Origin: Trichomonas gallinae
Taxonomy: Eukaryota
Length of the DNA stretch: 20,000 bases
Reading direction: 5' to 3'
NCBI GenBank assembly: GCA_008369845.1
Contig: MRSU01003007.1
Span: 53,807-73,806, forward strand
Shown: in pieces, positions 18,001-20,000 of the stretch
Numbering within the stretch: position 1 is the stretch's first letter
Layout: every line of letters starts with the position of its first letter
The notes under the pieces: generated by a model
Seen by the model: the letters and a program-made list of their open reading frames with translations, nothing else
Told to the model about the DNA's origin: nothing
Databases searched by the model: none
Translations under genes and position numbers: made by a program

Positions 18001-20000
18001 ATGGCACTTTAATTGAAAAAGTTCACGTTGATGAGTTTGGAAATTCTCCATTAATAAATTTGACAATATATGTACCAAATTATGGAAATGGACATTATTT
18101 AATGATTTGGGCACAACAAGATCTTAAATCGGAAATTTGGTTCAATCACATCAATATCAATTACAATCCAGAACTAGTTCTTAATAATCCAGAAATCCAA
18201 ACTTATACAAAGCCAGCACACATCAATATAAACATAACTGTCTATGATGAACATGTAAACCGTATATTCTACAAGATCAAAGAAAATGGCAAAGTTCAAG
18301 AAGAAGAACATATTATTGATACCATCGCTTGCTATGGAAATAATGTTACCAGGGTACTCGATATTGTTTATGATGGTAATAAAAGTACTGAAATTGAACT
18401 AATTTTATATGCAAAGAACTTAAATGACAAAAAATCTAAAGAAATTGCCAAGAAAATTAATTATGATGCAAAAAGAAAATCACCTGAAATCAAACTCATA
18501 TCAGAAACATCACCTGAAGAAAAATCACCACTTTATCTTTGGGGTGATTTTATCAAGATATATCTAAATATTTCTGATCAAGATAATGGATTTACATATT
18601 CCATAATGTACAGGTATTCAGATTTAATATTCAGACAAGAAATTATGCCATTTCAAATTTCCAAAAAAATTTCAAGAATAAACATATTAGAGGAATGCGA
18701 ATTTCCATCATTTCCTAAGAATGGCCTTGTAAGATTATCAGTTCAAGTTATCCGTGATGATGGTGCAGTTTCTAACACAGAAACACTTGATATTCGAATT
18801 CAGAGAAGAGAAGAAATAGAGTTCGTGGACGGAATAAATGAAGCATACGATATCGATAAAGAAAATAGTCTGACAATAATGCTTCTTGACTTCGAGAGGA
18901 ATTCTAAAGTTAGATTCACAATGTATGTATCTGATCCAGATTGGTACATATCGAAAGTTGTTGATATTAACGATAATTACCGTTCTAATGAATTTAAATT
19001 GATTCTTCCACAGCGTCCAATTGGAAAACACATAATTAAATTCACTGTCACATATAATTCTTTAGTATTATCCCAAAAAGAGTTTTATGTTACATTCAAA
19101 AAATCTCCAAAGCTCACAGTTGATCGATTAAAATCAAATTATGGTATGAATGATCACATTGATGTTTACTTCTCAATCCAAGATACCTATCCTGTAGATA
19201 TAACTTATGAAATTAAGAATAGGAATGGTATTGTCAAAAATGGTTCAATCAAAGAACAATTCAATCCAAATGGTCAACAAACATATTTTTCTGAGCAGAT
19301 ATCCATTGATGAGAAAACATTCAAAGACAAAGGTTCAATATTTGAGTTGAAATTGTATGCAAAAGACAAATTCAATTTGAAAGCAGAGAGTGGATTAATT
19401 CAGGTAAATCTTGATCTGAATAACAAAGCTCCTGCAATGAAAGTTCATTCAAAAATAGGAAACACTCTATCATTTTTTGAACAGCCAGAAATTCATGCAG
19501 TTGTGTTAGCAAATAAAAAATCAGGTATTTACATTGTTCAAAGAATCAATCGCACGAGACAAAGTAATTTAATGGAAGTTAAATATCAAGATAGTATTTC
19601 AATTATTGACCTAAAACTCAATCAACTGCCTCGTGAAAATGGAATTCATCAGTTATCAATTTTTGCAGAGGATCTGATAGAATCAAAATCTGCATTTTAT
19701 AATAAAATTATCAAGATTGAGAAAAAACCTCATATTGTTCTTGATAAACTGAAAGATCATTATGAACCAGGTGATGTGGTCACAATCTCAGGATTTGCAG
19801 TTGATCTTGATGAAGGCACAGAAATTAATATTTATTATAACACTCAAGGAAGCGCATCACGCAAATTGTTAGAAAAGAACTCAATCTTAAAGTCAACCAT
19901 ATATTCAAATTACACATCTGGAAAGTTCAGCTTTAATTATACAGTACCAGATATAACAAATTACAAAGGAATTAAAATATGGGCAGAGTCAAATGGAAAG
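15066..20000 (+). CDS. Large Bap-like / Ig-like-repeat surface protein, at least 1645 aa, 3'-partial
   Basis: Starts MLLNSFLVLALSNRLIG (signal-peptide-like). The frame reaches the window end (...IKIWAESNGK), and the track lists no stop-terminated ORF in this frame. About 13 degenerate ~100-aa beta-rich repeats, e.g. YNAGDDIIINAFLGDYQPG, YISNTNLTISGYVTDFDPNESITITY, YSPGEMIEMNFWVSDFKPN, YEPGDVVTISGFAVDLDEG, ending in motifs like GPHSLIVFAKD and GIHQLSIFAED. Many N-x-S/T sequons. Confidence 0.9.
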   Translation, partial: MLLNSFLVLALSNRLIGKRVELQESIFEIYYDNKLVMDGFEFLISDSNSRQDFIPFDNEFIRYYNGIVVKPILQDWEENHLILNFEISNHNSESINFTPKVRINNYDTNNTFIQQKNGFHIDNVAILNYFGKITPESPSNSYFGDSDKRSLMFEWDTIELKSNDKITLNLHIVAKTTATTPKRNLKQDDDDPNLVIDVRLIPDNAEGQFNTNLVHAYNQLNFIGRIYANNFRENITIQFSLVMNNVNIELPSVELTKEFADFNISFPFPKNNGRVEYSLSAHDGKGHWAKDPYWNVKITGVFDVVVNPGVYFVESLNYVYNAGDDIIINAFLGDYQPGTQIALGYHVGDEDWSPEDLDFNITNYYTIGTNWRTDSTQIKLDLPQNARWHYLYIFAVDDFLDVQDLRVEKIWLNEKPNVTEWKPINETYYKMDEIHIEAKAYDDSTVFLKYYFDSNVIPEYDDDRIFSDRIGWAVVERNQSTIYAKIQIPISLHEGPHSLIVFAKDFYKQTSEMKQYNFTIVSGHVPYIDIRPSSNTNIYAYNDVINFIGIYYIDLDQVDNLTIVVEYESTSETLEFIPINSESMGFSLNITNPHEDKDFTVSFRVSDNNSTYSKTFTFPISIRRKRECIVTTPIENYYISNTNLTISGYVTDFDPNESITITYMINGIITQLKDAQLTIGQNYISPSFTIQLQLPSEDGLCTLQIWAESSKNKTYYNNYNIEIKSPPTILEWLDFNSEVYQYEFVEIKLRVKSKVPVKMCMQIDDEEEYCPQNLYTPDNNNRRLFILPLDLFGHPPGAHQAHLYIQDIYLRRSETLTKSFTISETKYAPYIEVSNSSGNYSPMEKIYLNYKVDQSSTIFMHVGLYYDDSFWKEIDVVEVLNFGLVERSVSFQVPKEEGSYICLLTAAIITNDGDQKAYHRCQFSYFEFNVKTNRPVIHANNLEDVDYSPGEMIEMNFWVSDFKPNSTGEVYFSFDNDINGTLIEKVHVDEFGNSPLINLTIYVPNYGNGHYLMIWAQQDLKSEIWFNHININYNPELVLNNPEIQTYTKPAHININITVYDEHVNRIFYKIKENGKVQEEEHIIDTIACYGNNVTRVLDIVYDGNKSTEIELILYAKNLNDKKSKEIAKKINYDAKRKSPEIKLISETSPEEKSPLYLWGDFIKIYLNISDQDNGFTYSIMYRYSDLIFRQEIMPFQISKKISRINILEECEFPSFPKNGLVRLSVQVIRDDGAVSNTETLDIRIQRREEIEFVDGINEAYDIDKENSLTIMLLDFERNSKVRFTMYVSDPDWYISKVVDINDNYRSNEFKLILPQRPIGKHIIKFTVTYNSLVLSQKEFYVTFKKSPKLTVDRLKSNYGMNDHIDVYFSIQDTYPVDITYEIKNRNGIVKNGSIKEQFNPNGQQTYFSEQISIDEKTFKDKGSIFELKLYAKDKFNLKAESGLIQVNLDLNNKAPAMKVHSKIGNTLSFFEQPEIHAVVLANKKSGIYIVQRINRTRQSNLMEVKYQDSISIIDLKLNQLPRENGIHQLSIFAEDLIESKSAFYNKIIKIEKKPHIVLDKLKDHYEPGDVVTISGFAVDLDEGTEINIYYNTQGSASRKLLEKNSILKSTIYSNYTSGKFSFNYTVPDITNYKGIKIWAESNGK

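Noticed and set aside
16165..19031. Track ORFs 16165-16410, 16624-16830, 16733-16951, 16846-17043, 18738-19031
   Set aside because: Off-frame or antisense shadows inside the large ORF starting at 15066.

Overview
AT-rich eukaryotic DNA with intronless genes, very short 5' UTRs, TCA(T/C)T initiator (Inr) elements just before several ATGs, and stops overlapping TAAA. These traits, plus the gene families present, point to a trichomonad parabasalid (Trichomonas vaginalis or a relative; this is inference). Bases 1-10030 are an intact housekeeping block: the 3' end of an MMS2/UEV ubiquitin-conjugating enzyme variant, a hypothetical (possibly FAM227-like) protein, an ankyrin-repeat protein, a divergent nonaspanin/TM9SF-like protein, a Pro-rich coiled-coil hypothetical, HSBP1 and flagellar DRC3/LRRC48. 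Bases ~10440-14650 are decayed surface-protein genes that the ORF track fragments: a beta-helix-family gene broken by one TAA at codon 10, two tandem BspA-like (TpLRR) pseudogenes and a probable Bap-like remnant. From 15066 to the window end runs an uninterrupted ORF of at least 1645 codons, missing from the ORF track, encoding a Bap-like/Ig-repeat surface protein. The most unusual non-coding signal is a TTTA-NN-TGACAAA motif in same-orientation arrays phased at ~20 bp in three intergenic regions. The divergent promoter at 7151-7924 also holds several inverted repeats and a GC-rich GTAA-loop hairpin. No CRISPR array, rRNA, tRNA or autonomous transposon was seen. All family assignments come from motif recognition by eye, not database searches.
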